Of a DNA stretch of 64,000 nt, positions 43,030 through 52,739 are shown in pieces. The stretch spans positions 32,001-96,000 of the forward strand of contig CAWAGQ010000005.1 in NCBI GenBank assembly GCA_963781585.1, written 5' to 3'. Within the stretch, counting starts at the first letter, position 1, and every line of letters begins with the position of its first letter. Source of the DNA: an uncultured Gemmatimonadaceae bacterium (GTDB lineage Bacteria > Gemmatimonadota > Gemmatimonadetes > Gemmatimonadales > Gemmatimonadaceae). The notes beneath the pieces are model-generated. The model made no database searches. It was not told the origin of the DNA and saw only the letters and a list, made by a program, of their open reading frames with translations. Both the position numbers and the translations under genes were made by a program.

Positions 43030-43539
43030 CTAGCCCTTCGCGGCCGGCGCCGGTCCGTCGGCGTTGACCTCGTACGTCACGCGCCAGACGCCGTCAGAAC
43101 CCTTCTTCCAGCTGTCGGCAAACGGATTCATCCGGCTCTCGGGCTTCTTCCCCTTCAGGGTCATCGTATAGACGCCGTGGGAGAACGTGACGGCCTCGGA
43201 GTCGCTGACGACGATCAGCTTGTCGATGACCACCTGACTGTACGTGGCCGACTCGAAGCTTCCGAAGAAGACCTTCGCCCCGGCCTCGATGTTGGCGCGC
43301 CCCGTAAAGGTGCTGGCGTCCGGCAGGATCCACGTCGCGTCCTCGGTGAAGATATTGGCTACGGCTGCCGCGTCCTTGGAGGCGATGGCGGGGGCGAACT
43401 TCCCGAGCGCGTCGGTGAGCGCGGTCCGGATTGCACTCTCGTCGGGCGGCGGCGGCGGCGGTGCGGGCTTCGGGGCACATGCGGTGACCACTGCGGCGAG
43501 GACGGCCAGGCGCAGGGCGACGGAGGCGTTCATGGGCAT
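43030..43539 (-). CDS. NTF2-like (DUF4440/SnoaL) lipoprotein
   Basis: Lipobox VTAC; FTEDA, GRANI and WKKGSDGVWR motifs. Confidence 0.82.
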   Translation of the reverse strand: MPMNASVALRLAVLAAVVTACAPKPAPPPPPPDESAIRTALTDALGKFAPAIASKDAAAVANIFTEDATWILPDASTFTGRANIEAGAKVFFGSFESATYSQVVIDKLIVVSDSEAVTFSHGVYTMTLKGKKPESRMNPFADSWKKGSDGVWRVTYEVNADGPAPAAKG

Positions 43540-43864
43540 CTCTGGGCACGGGTGAGCATGATTCGGGGAAGACTATGCTACCGCAAACCGACGTCCGGCA
43601 CAACGCGGGGGCGACGGCGCCGTTCGCGCCCTGCGGGGCTCCCATCACGCCGTCGACCCGTTGCGGCGCTGATTGAACAACGGCGGCCCGTGCGCCGGAT
43701 GGGGTCACGCGGGGCGGCGCGGAAAGAGCTCCGTCACCCGCAGTGCGGTGTCAGAGCGTGCGACGAGACGATGTCAGGGTTCGCCGGATGGTGCCCGGGT
43801 ACGATGACCACCACGCTGCGAACGGTGCCTTGGAAATCGGTGTCTCACTTACGACCCTGATGCG

Positions 43865-46300
43865 ATGCGCCCCGTGACTCCAATCACCCTCCTCATCCGC
43901 GACTTCGTCAACGACATCCGCCACGCCGTGCGCACGATGCATGTGCGCCCCGGATTCGTCGCAGTCGTCGTACTCACGCTCGCCCTGGGAATCGGCGCCA
44001 CCACGTCCATCTTCTCCGTGGTGAACGGGGTCGTCCTTCACCCACTCGGCTTCCCTGACGAAGGCCGCTTGTTCACGCTGTGCGAGCAGTATCCGGGCTC
44101 GCCTGCCGACTGGTGCTCCATCTCTCCACCGAACGTCAGCGAGATTGCCGAGCGCGCGAGTTCGATCGAGACCATCGGCTTCGGTCGCTCGTGGGAATCG
44201 CACATGACCACGGCCGGCGGCGAGCTCGCCGTTCGCAGCGGAATCGCGACGCCCGGCCTCTTTCGCGCGCTGGGCGTGCGGGTGGTGCGCGGGCGGATGA
44301 TCGACTCCACCGACCTGCTCGGCCGCGAAAGCGACGTCGCGCTGCTCACGTACGAGATGTGGCAGGCGCGGTTCAACGCAGACCCGGCCGTCGTCGGCAG
44401 CCTCGTCACCCTCGACAAGCATTCCGTGCAAGTCGTCGGCATCCTGCAGCCGGGGTTTCACCTGCCGCTCTTCGAGACGATCGAGCTCTGGCGCCCCGTT
44501 CATGTGCTGCCGCGGGACGAGCGGAACCGCGAGTGGCGCGGCTTCGTCGCCTACGGACTGCTGAAGCCGGGACGAACGATCGCACAGTTGCGCGCCGAGC
44601 TGGCGGGGATCACGTCCACGATCCGAAAGGAGCACTTCGCCGCCGTCCCGGTCTGGGGCGTCACGCCGATGCCGATGCGTGACCTCGTGATCCGCCACGT
44701 CCGCCCGATGCTCCTCCTCTTTCTCGGCGCGGTGTCGCTGGTGCTGCTCATCGCCTGTGCCAACGTGAGCAACCTCCTGCTCGCGCGCTCTGCAGAACGT
44801 GGCCGCGAGATGGCCATGCGCGCCGCGCTTGGTGCCGGGAAGGGACGGATCGTGCGCGCTCTGCTCGCCGAGAGTCTCGTGACGGCCGTCGCCGGAGCCG
44901 CGGCCGGCCTGGCGATCGCCGAGGGAGGTGTGCGTGCCTTCCGTGCGCTCGCGCCGCAGGGAATCCCGCGTGTATCGGAGGTCGGGATCGATGGGGCGGT
45001 CCTGGCGTTCGTGACCGCGCTTGCAGTGCTCACCGCGGTGCTGACCGGGTTCGTCCCCGCGCTGCGCGCAGGCCGTGTGGACCTCGCGCAGATGCTGCGC
45101 GAGGGCGGACGATCCGGCCCGGCGGCGCGCTCGCGGCTCAGCGCGGCGCTCGTGGTAGCCGAGCTCGCGATGGCAGTGGTGATCATCGCCTGTGCCGGAA
45201 CGCTGGCGCGGAGCTTCGCGCGATTCGTCTCCTGGGATCCCGGGTTCGATCGCGAGCACGTCGTGCTGTTCTCGCTCTCGCCGCCCACGGCCACCTACGG
45301 CACGAAAGAGAAGCTCGACCTCCTCTGGGATCGCACCGAGTCGGCCGTCGGCGCGATTCCGGGCGTGCGCGCGGTGGGAACGGCCAGTGCCGGACCGCTG
45401 TTCGGAGGGCGCGAGACATGGGAGATGGAGGTCGAAGGGCGGGCGCCGGATCAGCGGGAGTCGGTGCGGTGGTACGACGTGAGTCCCGGGTTCTTTGCGG
45501 CGGTGGGCGTACCACTGGTGACCGGGCGCCCGCTCGACGGGCACGATACTCCCAACTCGCCGCTCGTCGCGCTGGCGAACCAGACCCTCGCTCGTCGCTT
45601 CTGGCCCAGCTCGAGCTCGATCGGCAAGCACCTCGTCTTCGCGATCGGTCAGGAGCGCGCGGAATTCACGATCGTGGGAGTGGTTGCCGACGTGCCGCCG
45701 GTGCAGCCGGGCACCCTGCCGGAGCCAGAACTGTACTGGTCGAACCGTCAGATTCCGCGTCCCTTCACCTGGGTCTGGGTGCGGACCACCGTGCCCCCGG
45801 CAACAGTGACCGGGGCCATCACGAGCGCGGTGCAGGCGATCGACCGTGACCTCGTTCCGAGCACCTACCGCACGCTTCCCGAGCTCCTCGACCGCGAGCT
45901 CGCGTCGCCGCGCTTTGCGTCGTTGCTGTTCGCCAGTCTGAGCGGCGTGGCGCTGCTGCTCTCGGCAATCGGGACGTACGGACTGCTCGCGTACGTCGTG
46001 ACGCGGCGGCAGCGGGAATTCGGGATCCGGCTGGCAGTCGGCGCACAGCGTGGCGACGTGATGCGCGACGTCCTGTTGCGCGGCCTCGGCATGGCCGGCG
46101 CCGGGCTGGTCATCGGGCTGATCGCGTTCGTCGCGCTCGCATCGACGCTTGCGGCGTTCGCCCCCGGTGTTCCCCCCCGCTCCCCGGGCGTGCTCGCGCT
46201 GGCAAGCGCGGTGCTGCTCGTCGTGGTTGTACTCGCCTGCGTCCTGCCCGCCTGGCGCGCGGGACGGGTCGACCCCGCACTCACGCTCGCCGCCGAGTAA
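43865..46300 (+). CDS. ADOP-type duplicated ABC permease
   Basis: LALGIGATT, LLIACANVSNL and REFGIRLAVGA motifs. Confidence 0.92.
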   Translation: MRPVTPITLLIRDFVNDIRHAVRTMHVRPGFVAVVVLTLALGIGATTSIFSVVNGVVLHPLGFPDEGRLFTLCEQYPGSPADWCSISPPNVSEIAERASSIETIGFGRSWESHMTTAGGELAVRSGIATPGLFRALGVRVVRGRMIDSTDLLGRESDVALLTYEMWQARFNADPAVVGSLVTLDKHSVQVVGILQPGFHLPLFETIELWRPVHVLPRDERNREWRGFVAYGLLKPGRTIAQLRAELAGITSTIRKEHFAAVPVWGVTPMPMRDLVIRHVRPMLLLFLGAVSLVLLIACANVSNLLLARSAERGREMAMRAALGAGKGRIVRALLAESLVTAVAGAAAGLAIAEGGVRAFRALAPQGIPRVSEVGIDGAVLAFVTALAVLTAVLTGFVPALRAGRVDLAQMLREGGRSGPAARSRLSAALVVAELAMAVVIIACAGTLARSFARFVSWDPGFDREHVVLFSLSPPTATYGTKEKLDLLWDRTESAVGAIPGVRAVGTASAGPLFGGRETWEMEVEGRAPDQRESVRWYDVSPGFFAAVGVPLVTGRPLDGHDTPNSPLVALANQTLARRFWPSSSSIGKHLVFAIGQERAEFTIVGVVADVPPVQPGTLPEPELYWSNRQIPRPFTWVWVRTTVPPATVTGAITSAVQAIDRDLVPSTYRTLPELLDRELASPRFASLLFASLSGVALLLSAIGTYGLLAYVVTRRQREFGIRLAVGAQRGDVMRDVLLRGLGMAGAGLVIGLIAFVALASTLAAFAPGVPPRSPGVLALASAVLLVVVVLACVLPAWRAGRVDPALTLAAE

Positions 46301-46358
46301 CCGTCCTCGTCAGGCAGGCGGATTCGCGATCCGGCCACCCCACAGGGGGAGCGCGCGC

Positions 46359-49067
46359 CTACTCGGCGCGCAACGCGACCGCCGGATCGACCCGCGCCGC
46401 GCGAGCGGCCGGGAGCCAGCAAGCGGCCACCCCCACCACCGCGAGCATGAACGCGACGCCGACCAGCGTGGTTGGATCGTGCGGCGTGACTCCGAACAGG
46501 AGGCCGCGCAACAGCCGGGCCGCGGCGAGCGCACCGGTCGCGCCGACCGCCAGCCCCGCCGCGAGCAGCACGCCTCCCTCGCCGAGTACCATGCGATGGA
46601 CGCGTCCCGCGCCCGCCCCGAGACTCATCCGGATGCCGATCTCCGCGGTTCGTGAACTCACCGAGAACGCGAGGACGCCGGCGATGCCGACCATCGCGAT
46701 TACGAATGCCAGCGTGCCGAACGACGTGATGAACCGCGCATTCAGGCGGCGCGGCGCCACGGACTGGTCGCGAATCTGCTCGAGCGTCTCCACATGCTCG
46801 ATCAATTGCTGCGGATACATCTCGTGAATCGCGGCAACAATCGCCGGACCGATCAGCGCGGGATCCGACGTCGTTCTCACGACCAGCGCGCCGTTGACAA
46901 TCATCTCCTGCGCGAACGGCAGGTACACGGCGGGCGTCGGATCACTGTCGAGACCCCCGTCGCGCGTGTCACCCACGACGCCCACCACGGTGCGCCAGTC
47001 ATCGGTGAACGGGGTGAACCTCAACACCGCGCCCGTCCAGGCGACGTGACGGCCGATCGGATCCTGGTCGCCGAAGAGCTGTCTGGCGAAGGACTGGCTC
47101 AGCACAGCGACGAGCTCCGTACCGCGCCGGTCGGTCGTCCCGAATCCATGGCCCTCGACCAGCGGAATGCCTGCCGCCGTGAAGTAGTCGGGATCGACCA
47201 TCTTCATCGCAGCGTGGGGCGTCGGCCGGTTCGGGGGAACGGTGCGACCTTCGGCCTTTACGTCGAAGCCGACCATCGAATTGCGGAGCGGCACCCCGGT
47301 CCCGATCGCCGCCAGACGGACGCCGGGTAGTGCGGCCACGCGGTCCCGGATGCGGTCGTACTTCGCGAGGTTCTCGGGTTGCTTCAATACTTCGCGGAGC
47401 AGATCTCCCTGGAGTGGGAGATCGAGCGTCAGCACATGATCAACCCGCACTCCCGCGTCCACCGCCTGCAGCTTGTCCAGCGTGCGCATCAGGAGTCCTG
47501 CGCCGGTGAGCAGCACCATGCACAGGGCGACTTGCGCGACGACCAGCGACCGCTGAACGCGCTGCCGCCCGCGGCCCAGCGTCGTACGGCGGCCACCGCC
47601 CGTGGGAGTCAGCGACGCGGCGACCGCCCGCTCTCCGCCGATTCGGGGAACGAACGAGAGCGCGACCGACACCACGACGCTCGTGGCCAGCCCGACCGCG
47701 AGCACCACGCCGTCGACGCGAATCTCGCTGGCGCGCGGCGAGAACTGCCCGGCGAACGCCACCAGCAGCTTGAGCCCGGCGAGTGCCACCAGCACTCCCA
47801 GCGCAGCACCGATCAATGCGAGCGCGAGGTTCTCGACCAGCAACAGGCGCCGCAGCCGCCCCCTCCCCGCGCCGAGGGCCGCGCGCAGGTGCATCTCGCG
47901 CTCGCGGCCCACGCCGCGCATCAGCGTGAGGTTGGAGACGTTGGCGCATGCAATCAGGAGCACGAATGCCGCCGCGCCCATCAGCAGCCAGAAGGTGAGC
48001 GACGCGCGCTCGTTCTCCGCCTCCTTGAGCGGTGACAGGCTGATCTCGTAGTGCGCCGCCTTCTCGTATGCGTCCGGGTGATCGCGGAACACGTTCGACG
48101 CGAGCCGGCTGATCTCCTCACGCGCCTGCTCGACCGCGGTGTTCGGGGCGAGGCGCGCGAAGACCTCGGTCATGCGGTGGTTGCGGTCGGTCACCATCGT
48201 CGCGCTGAGATGGTGCGGGCTCGTCACGGTGTTCACGAACACGTCGGTGGCCTGCGGATACTGCGGCGCCGGCTGCATCACGCCGATGATCGTGGAGATC
48301 TGATCATTCATGCGGACCGTGCTGCCGAGGATGCCGGAGTCTCCACCGAAGTGCTCCATCCAGTACGGAAATGACAGGACGGAAACGGACGCCGCAGCCG
48401 CGCCGTCGTCACGTGGAGTCGTGAGCCGGCCCAGCACCGGCTCGAGGCCCATCACGTCGAAGTAGTTGCCGCTGACGACCGCGGCCCGCACGCGCACCGG
48501 ATGCCCGTCGCTGCCGACGAGGGTGAACGGCATGACGTTGGAATACTCGGCGATGGCGGCAAGCGTCTTCGAGCCCGTTCGGTAGTCGGCGATCTCGGGA
48601 ATGGAGAAGAGGACGTTGTGTTCCTTCGCCCCAGGCGCCGATTGTCGCAGGTACACGAGCCGCTCGCCATCGCGATTCGGCAACGGCCGCAGGAGCGTGC
48701 CACGCAGCAGCGTGAACATCGCCGTGTTCGCCCCGATTCCGAGCGCGAGCGTGAGGACGACCGTCGTCGTGAAGCCCTTTGCGCGCCGGAGACTGCGAAA
48801 GGCGAAGGCGATGTCGCGAGCCAGTTCCTCGAGCCACCGGGTGCCGCGAGTGTCGCGCACCCGCTCCTTCTGGAACTCGATCCCGCCCAGGGCGCGCCTC
48901 GCGGCGTAGCGGGCTTCGGCGCGCGACATGCCGCGGGCCATGTTCTCGTCGATCTGGTGTTCCAGGTGGTACTGCAGTTCCTCGTCGAGCTCGCGCTCCA
49001 CGTCGGCTCGCCGGAACAGCGAACGAAGACGGAGGGGCACGACGCTCAGCCACCGGTCGAGGCTCAT
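46359..49067 (-). CDS. ADOP-type duplicated ABC permease with N-terminal prefix domain
   Basis: ELDEELQYHLE prefix; LLIACANVSNL and EIGIRMSLGA motifs. Confidence 0.92.
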   Translation of the reverse strand: MSLDRWLSVVPLRLRSLFRRADVERELDEELQYHLEHQIDENMARGMSRAEARYAARRALGGIEFQKERVRDTRGTRWLEELARDIAFAFRSLRRAKGFTTTVVLTLALGIGANTAMFTLLRGTLLRPLPNRDGERLVYLRQSAPGAKEHNVLFSIPEIADYRTGSKTLAAIAEYSNVMPFTLVGSDGHPVRVRAAVVSGNYFDVMGLEPVLGRLTTPRDDGAAAASVSVLSFPYWMEHFGGDSGILGSTVRMNDQISTIIGVMQPAPQYPQATDVFVNTVTSPHHLSATMVTDRNHRMTEVFARLAPNTAVEQAREEISRLASNVFRDHPDAYEKAAHYEISLSPLKEAENERASLTFWLLMGAAAFVLLIACANVSNLTLMRGVGREREMHLRAALGAGRGRLRRLLLVENLALALIGAALGVLVALAGLKLLVAFAGQFSPRASEIRVDGVVLAVGLATSVVVSVALSFVPRIGGERAVAASLTPTGGGRRTTLGRGRQRVQRSLVVAQVALCMVLLTGAGLLMRTLDKLQAVDAGVRVDHVLTLDLPLQGDLLREVLKQPENLAKYDRIRDRVAALPGVRLAAIGTGVPLRNSMVGFDVKAEGRTVPPNRPTPHAAMKMVDPDYFTAAGIPLVEGHGFGTTDRRGTELVAVLSQSFARQLFGDQDPIGRHVAWTGAVLRFTPFTDDWRTVVGVVGDTRDGGLDSDPTPAVYLPFAQEMIVNGALVVRTTSDPALIGPAIVAAIHEMYPQQLIEHVETLEQIRDQSVAPRRLNARFITSFGTLAFVIAMVGIAGVLAFSVSSRTAEIGIRMSLGAGAGRVHRMVLGEGGVLLAAGLAVGATGALAAARLLRGLLFGVTPHDPTTLVGVAFMLAVVGVAACWLPAARAARVDPAVALRAE

Positions 49068-49068
49068 G

Positions 49069-49404
49069 TCAGACCTCCCGGAGACGAAGCATCGCGGTGA
49101 TGGCGCCGGCGAGCCGGTCCCAGTTGCCCGATTCGACCTGCAGCTGCCTTCGTCCGGCACGCGTGACGGAGTAGAACTTGGCGCGCCTGTTGTTCTCGCT
49201 TTGCCGCCACTCCGAGGCGATCCATCCTTCCTGCTCCAGCTTGTGGAGCGCCGGATAGAGCGATCCGTCGCTGACCTGCAGCACGTCCGAGGACAGGCGC
49301 TTCAGGCGCTGTCCGATCGCCCATCCGTTCATGGGCTCCAGCGCCAGCATCTTGAGAACGAGCAGGTCCAGGGTGCCCTGCACCAGGTCCGTCGGCTTGC
49401 TCAT
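49069..49404 (-). CDS. PadR family regulator (acidobacterial type)
   Basis: LVQGTLDLLVLK, GSLYPALHKLE and NNRRAKFY motifs. Confidence 0.95.
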   Translation of the reverse strand: MSKPTDLVQGTLDLLVLKMLALEPMNGWAIGQRLKRLSSDVLQVSDGSLYPALHKLEQEGWIASEWRQSENNRRAKFYSVTRAGRRQLQVESGNWDRLAGAITAMLRLREV

Positions 49405-49414
49405 GCAGTCCTCA

Positions 49415-49460
49415 CTCGGTTACCGAGATGAGAATACCATTGCTCCACTCGGTAAGCAAG
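49415..49460 (-). promoter_or_regulatory. padR promoter with two palindromic boxes
   Basis: TTGCTT-N17-TATTCT on the minus strand; boxes CTCGGTTACCGAG and CTCGGTAAGCAAG. Confidence 0.6.
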
Positions 49461-49531
49461 GGGAGGACCGTCCAGCCATTACGTCCTGGTGATCATGGGT
49501 CGGCGACCGGGATTCCCTTCTGGCGCTGCGC

Positions 49532-52193
49532 TTATTCCGCCCGCAGCGCGATCGTTGGGTCAACTCCCGCCGCCCGGCGCGACGGCGCCCACGCGGCCAG
49601 AAGCGCCACGGCCACCATCAACCCGATCACGACGCCATACGTGACGGGATCGAGCGGATGTCACACCGAACAACATGGACGCAATCAGCCGGGTGGAGGC
49701 GAACGCCCCGGCCAGTCCGACGGCAGCCCCCGTGAGTGAGAGCGCGAGCGCGCCACGCACCACCTCGCCCACCACTTCTCTCGGTGTGGCACCCAGCGCC
49801 GTGCGGATCCCGATCTCGCGAGTGCGGTCGCTGACGTTTCCGGAAACGAGCCCGTAGAGCCCGATCGCGGCCAGGAGGAGTGCGATCACTGCCGCCGTTT
49901 CGATGGCCAGCAGGACGAACCGTCGATTCCCCGCCGACTCGGTGATGTAGCCATCCATCGTCCGGACGCGCTGGATCGGCACGTTCGCGTTCACCGACCA
50001 GATGGCGCGCTGGAGACTCGGGACCAGCGCCGACGCGCGCCCTGCGGCGCGCGCCACGAGCGTGACCACGTTGTCCGCCCACACCCACTGTCCGTTCGCC
50101 ACGTAGAAGGCATCCGGCGCACGCACCGCCAGCGAGTAGTGCCTGACGTCTCCCACCACGCCCACCACCTCGGCCCATGGTCGAGCCGTTTCGATCTCCG
50201 GCCCGAACCGCAGGCGCTGGCCGATCGGATTCGCGGCCCCGAACAGCCGCTTCGCGAAGGTCTCGTTGATGACCACCGCCTCCGGCGCCCCCGGCCGATC
50301 GGTTGCGTCGAGCAGCCGCCCGCGAACCAGCGGAACGCGCATCGTCGCGAAGTAGTCCGGCGTCACGGCGTACCGGAGTGCGCTGCCGTTTTCGCCGGCT
50401 TTCGCATCGGGCAGCGACTGCGCTTCATACCCGTAGCCGTCCACATCGCCGGACAGCGGCAACTCGCTCGTGAACGCGGCGCTCGCGACGCCGGGTACGC
50501 GCCGGACGGCGTCGAGCGCCTGGTCGAAGAACTGGAGCCGAGCCGCATCGGAGTCGAACGCGTGCCCCGCCTCGATCACCTGCATGGTCACCACCTGCGA
50601 CGGATCGAATCCGGGTGGCACCGACACCAGCCGGCGAACACTCCGGAGAAGCAGGCCGGCGCTGACGAGCAGCATCAGCGCGAGCGCCACTTCGGCGACC
50701 ACCAGCGCGCTCCGTGCGCCGCCCCGGACGGCTGTGGCGCGGAGCGACCGGTGCTGCAGTCCCTCGGTGACCCCGGCGCGCATTGCGCCTAACGCCGGCG
50801 TGACGCCCACGAGCAATCCGATGAGTGCGGTGAGCGCCGCCGCGAAGGCGAAGACCGGCGCGTCCAGCCGGATGGCGTCGACTCGCGGCAACCCGGGCGG
50901 GCTCACCGCAACCAGTGCGCGTATCCCCAGCCGGGCAACGGCCAGCCCGAGCGTTCCGCCCAGCAGCGCGATCGCCACGCTCTCGGTAAGCAGCTGGCGC
51001 AGAATCCGCCGCCGCCCCGCGCCGAGCGCCATGCGCATGGCGAATTCGGTGCGCCGCCGCGCACTCCGGGCGAGCAGGAGACTCGCGACGTTCGCCGACG
51101 CGATCAGAAGCAGGAGCAATACCGAACCGATGATGGCGAAGAGGGCCGGCCTGGCACTTCCGGTGACGGCCTCCTGCAATGGCCGCACGAGCAGACCCTG
51201 CTCGAGATCGGCCCACGGCGGACGCGGAAAATCGGCGGCCGGCGTGCGGCCGACGGCAAGCATCTCGCGCGTCGCCCCATCGACCGTCGCCGACGGTGCG
51301 AGCCGCCCTACCAGCTGGTAATGATGGCCCCACTGGCGCGTGTTGAAGTCGGCCGTGACACGCTCCCGGAGCGGCGACCAGATCTCGGCCGCCGGCGCGA
51401 GGACGTTCGTGAAGGCGTGCGGCATGACGCCGATCACCAGATGCGGATCGCCGTTCAGGTCGATGGACCGGCCCACGATCTCCCGGGCGCCGCCGAACCG
51501 TCGCGCCGCCAGTGCGTCACTGAGGATCACGACGCCAGGCGCGCCGGGTTGATCGTCCGCGGCGGTGAACCCCCGACCGGCGATCGGCACCGCGCCGAAC
51601 ACGTCGAAGTAGTCCGCGGTCACGCGCTGTCCGTCGATCCGCTCCGGCGTGCCCGCTCCGGTGAGCGACGGCTGCCAGCGGTCGGCGGCGGCCAGCGCTC
51701 CGAAGGAATGGGCGCGCGCCCGCAGCTCGTCGTAGGTGCCGAGGGTCGCGGCCATTGGAACGCCCGCGTCGTTCCAATCGTCCACGGTGACCAGGCGGTG
51801 CGCCTCCGGAAAGGGCAGCGGTTCGAGCAGGATCGGACTCGCGGCGCTGAACACGGCGGTGCTTGCACCGATGCCGACCGCGAGCGTCGCCACGGCGGTA
51901 AACGTGAACACGGGACTTCGCCGGAGGCCGCGCAGCGCATAGCGCAGGTCGAGCCAGGTCGTCTCCATCGCGTGCTCCCACCCGGAGGCACGCACCTGTT
52001 CGCGAACGGCGATGGCTCCGCCGGCCTCGGCGAGCGCCGTCCGTCGCGCGACCTCCGGAGGCAGCCCGCTCCTGACGTGCGCGGCGGTGGCTTCGTCGAG
52101 ATAGTGCGCCACCTCGTCCGCGACGTCGTCATCTGTCTGGCGCGACCGGACGAGCGCACGAATCCCCCGCCCCACCTGCCGGAGCAGCGACAC
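49532..52193 (-). CDS. ADOP-type duplicated ABC permease, apparent frameshift at ~49660
   Basis: Prefix domain; the C-terminus PLDPVTY...VDPTIALRAE* continues in another frame. Confidence 0.88.
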
Positions 52194-52196
52194 GGC

Positions 52197-52532
52197 TCAG
52201 CTCTCGGCGCTGAGCAGCCGCGCGACGGCGGCCGAGCGCCGTTTCCAGTCGGCGGTCTCGGCGTCGAGCCGCTTCCGGCCGGCCAGTGTGAGCGAGTAGT
52301 ACCTGGCGCGCCGCGAGTTCTGGGTGGACCGCCACTCGGCGTCGAGCAGCCCCGCCCGCTCGAGCCGCTGGAGCGCAGTGAGGAGCGAACCGGGGTTCAC
52401 CTTGAACACGTCGCGCGACACCTGCTCGATGCGGCGCGCGATCCCGAAGCCGTGCAGTGGCTGCAGGCTCAGCGTCTTGAGGATGAGCAGATCCAGGGTG
52501 CCCTGGATGACATCGGTGTGCGGTCCCGGCAT
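52197..52532 (-). CDS. PadR family regulator (acidobacterial type)
   Basis: VIQGTLDLLILK and NSRRARYY motifs. Confidence 0.95.
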   Translation of the reverse strand: MPGPHTDVIQGTLDLLILKTLSLQPLHGFGIARRIEQVSRDVFKVNPGSLLTALQRLERAGLLDAEWRSTQNSRRARYYSLTLAGRKRLDAETADWKRRSAAVARLLSAES

Positions 52533-52539
52533 GGAAGCG

Positions 52540-52572
52540 ACAGTATCGCTTCTCATCTTGACTGTCAAGATG
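52540..52572 (-). promoter_or_regulatory. padR promoter overlapped by a perfect palindrome
   Basis: TTGACA-N17-TACTGT on the minus strand; CATCTTGAC-T-GTCAAGATG covers the -35. Confidence 0.7.
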
Positions 52573-52739
52573 TGACCGTCATACCAAGGGCCCCGGCGCC
52601 TTCCGCGCTGTGCAGCCGTATTGGGCTATCTCCGGCCCCCGTTGCTGGCGTGGGGGTGCCGGAGCGGCATTCCGTCCTGCGGAGAAGGGCCGCCTATCCG
52701 ACGTCCCCGCACTCTTTGACACCGTCACGGTCTCCCCCC

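Noticed and set aside
51321..52739. N-terminal 473 aa of the 1467-aa ORF
   Set aside because: Antisense to ADOP/PadR; the recognisable BTAD protein starts at about 52740.
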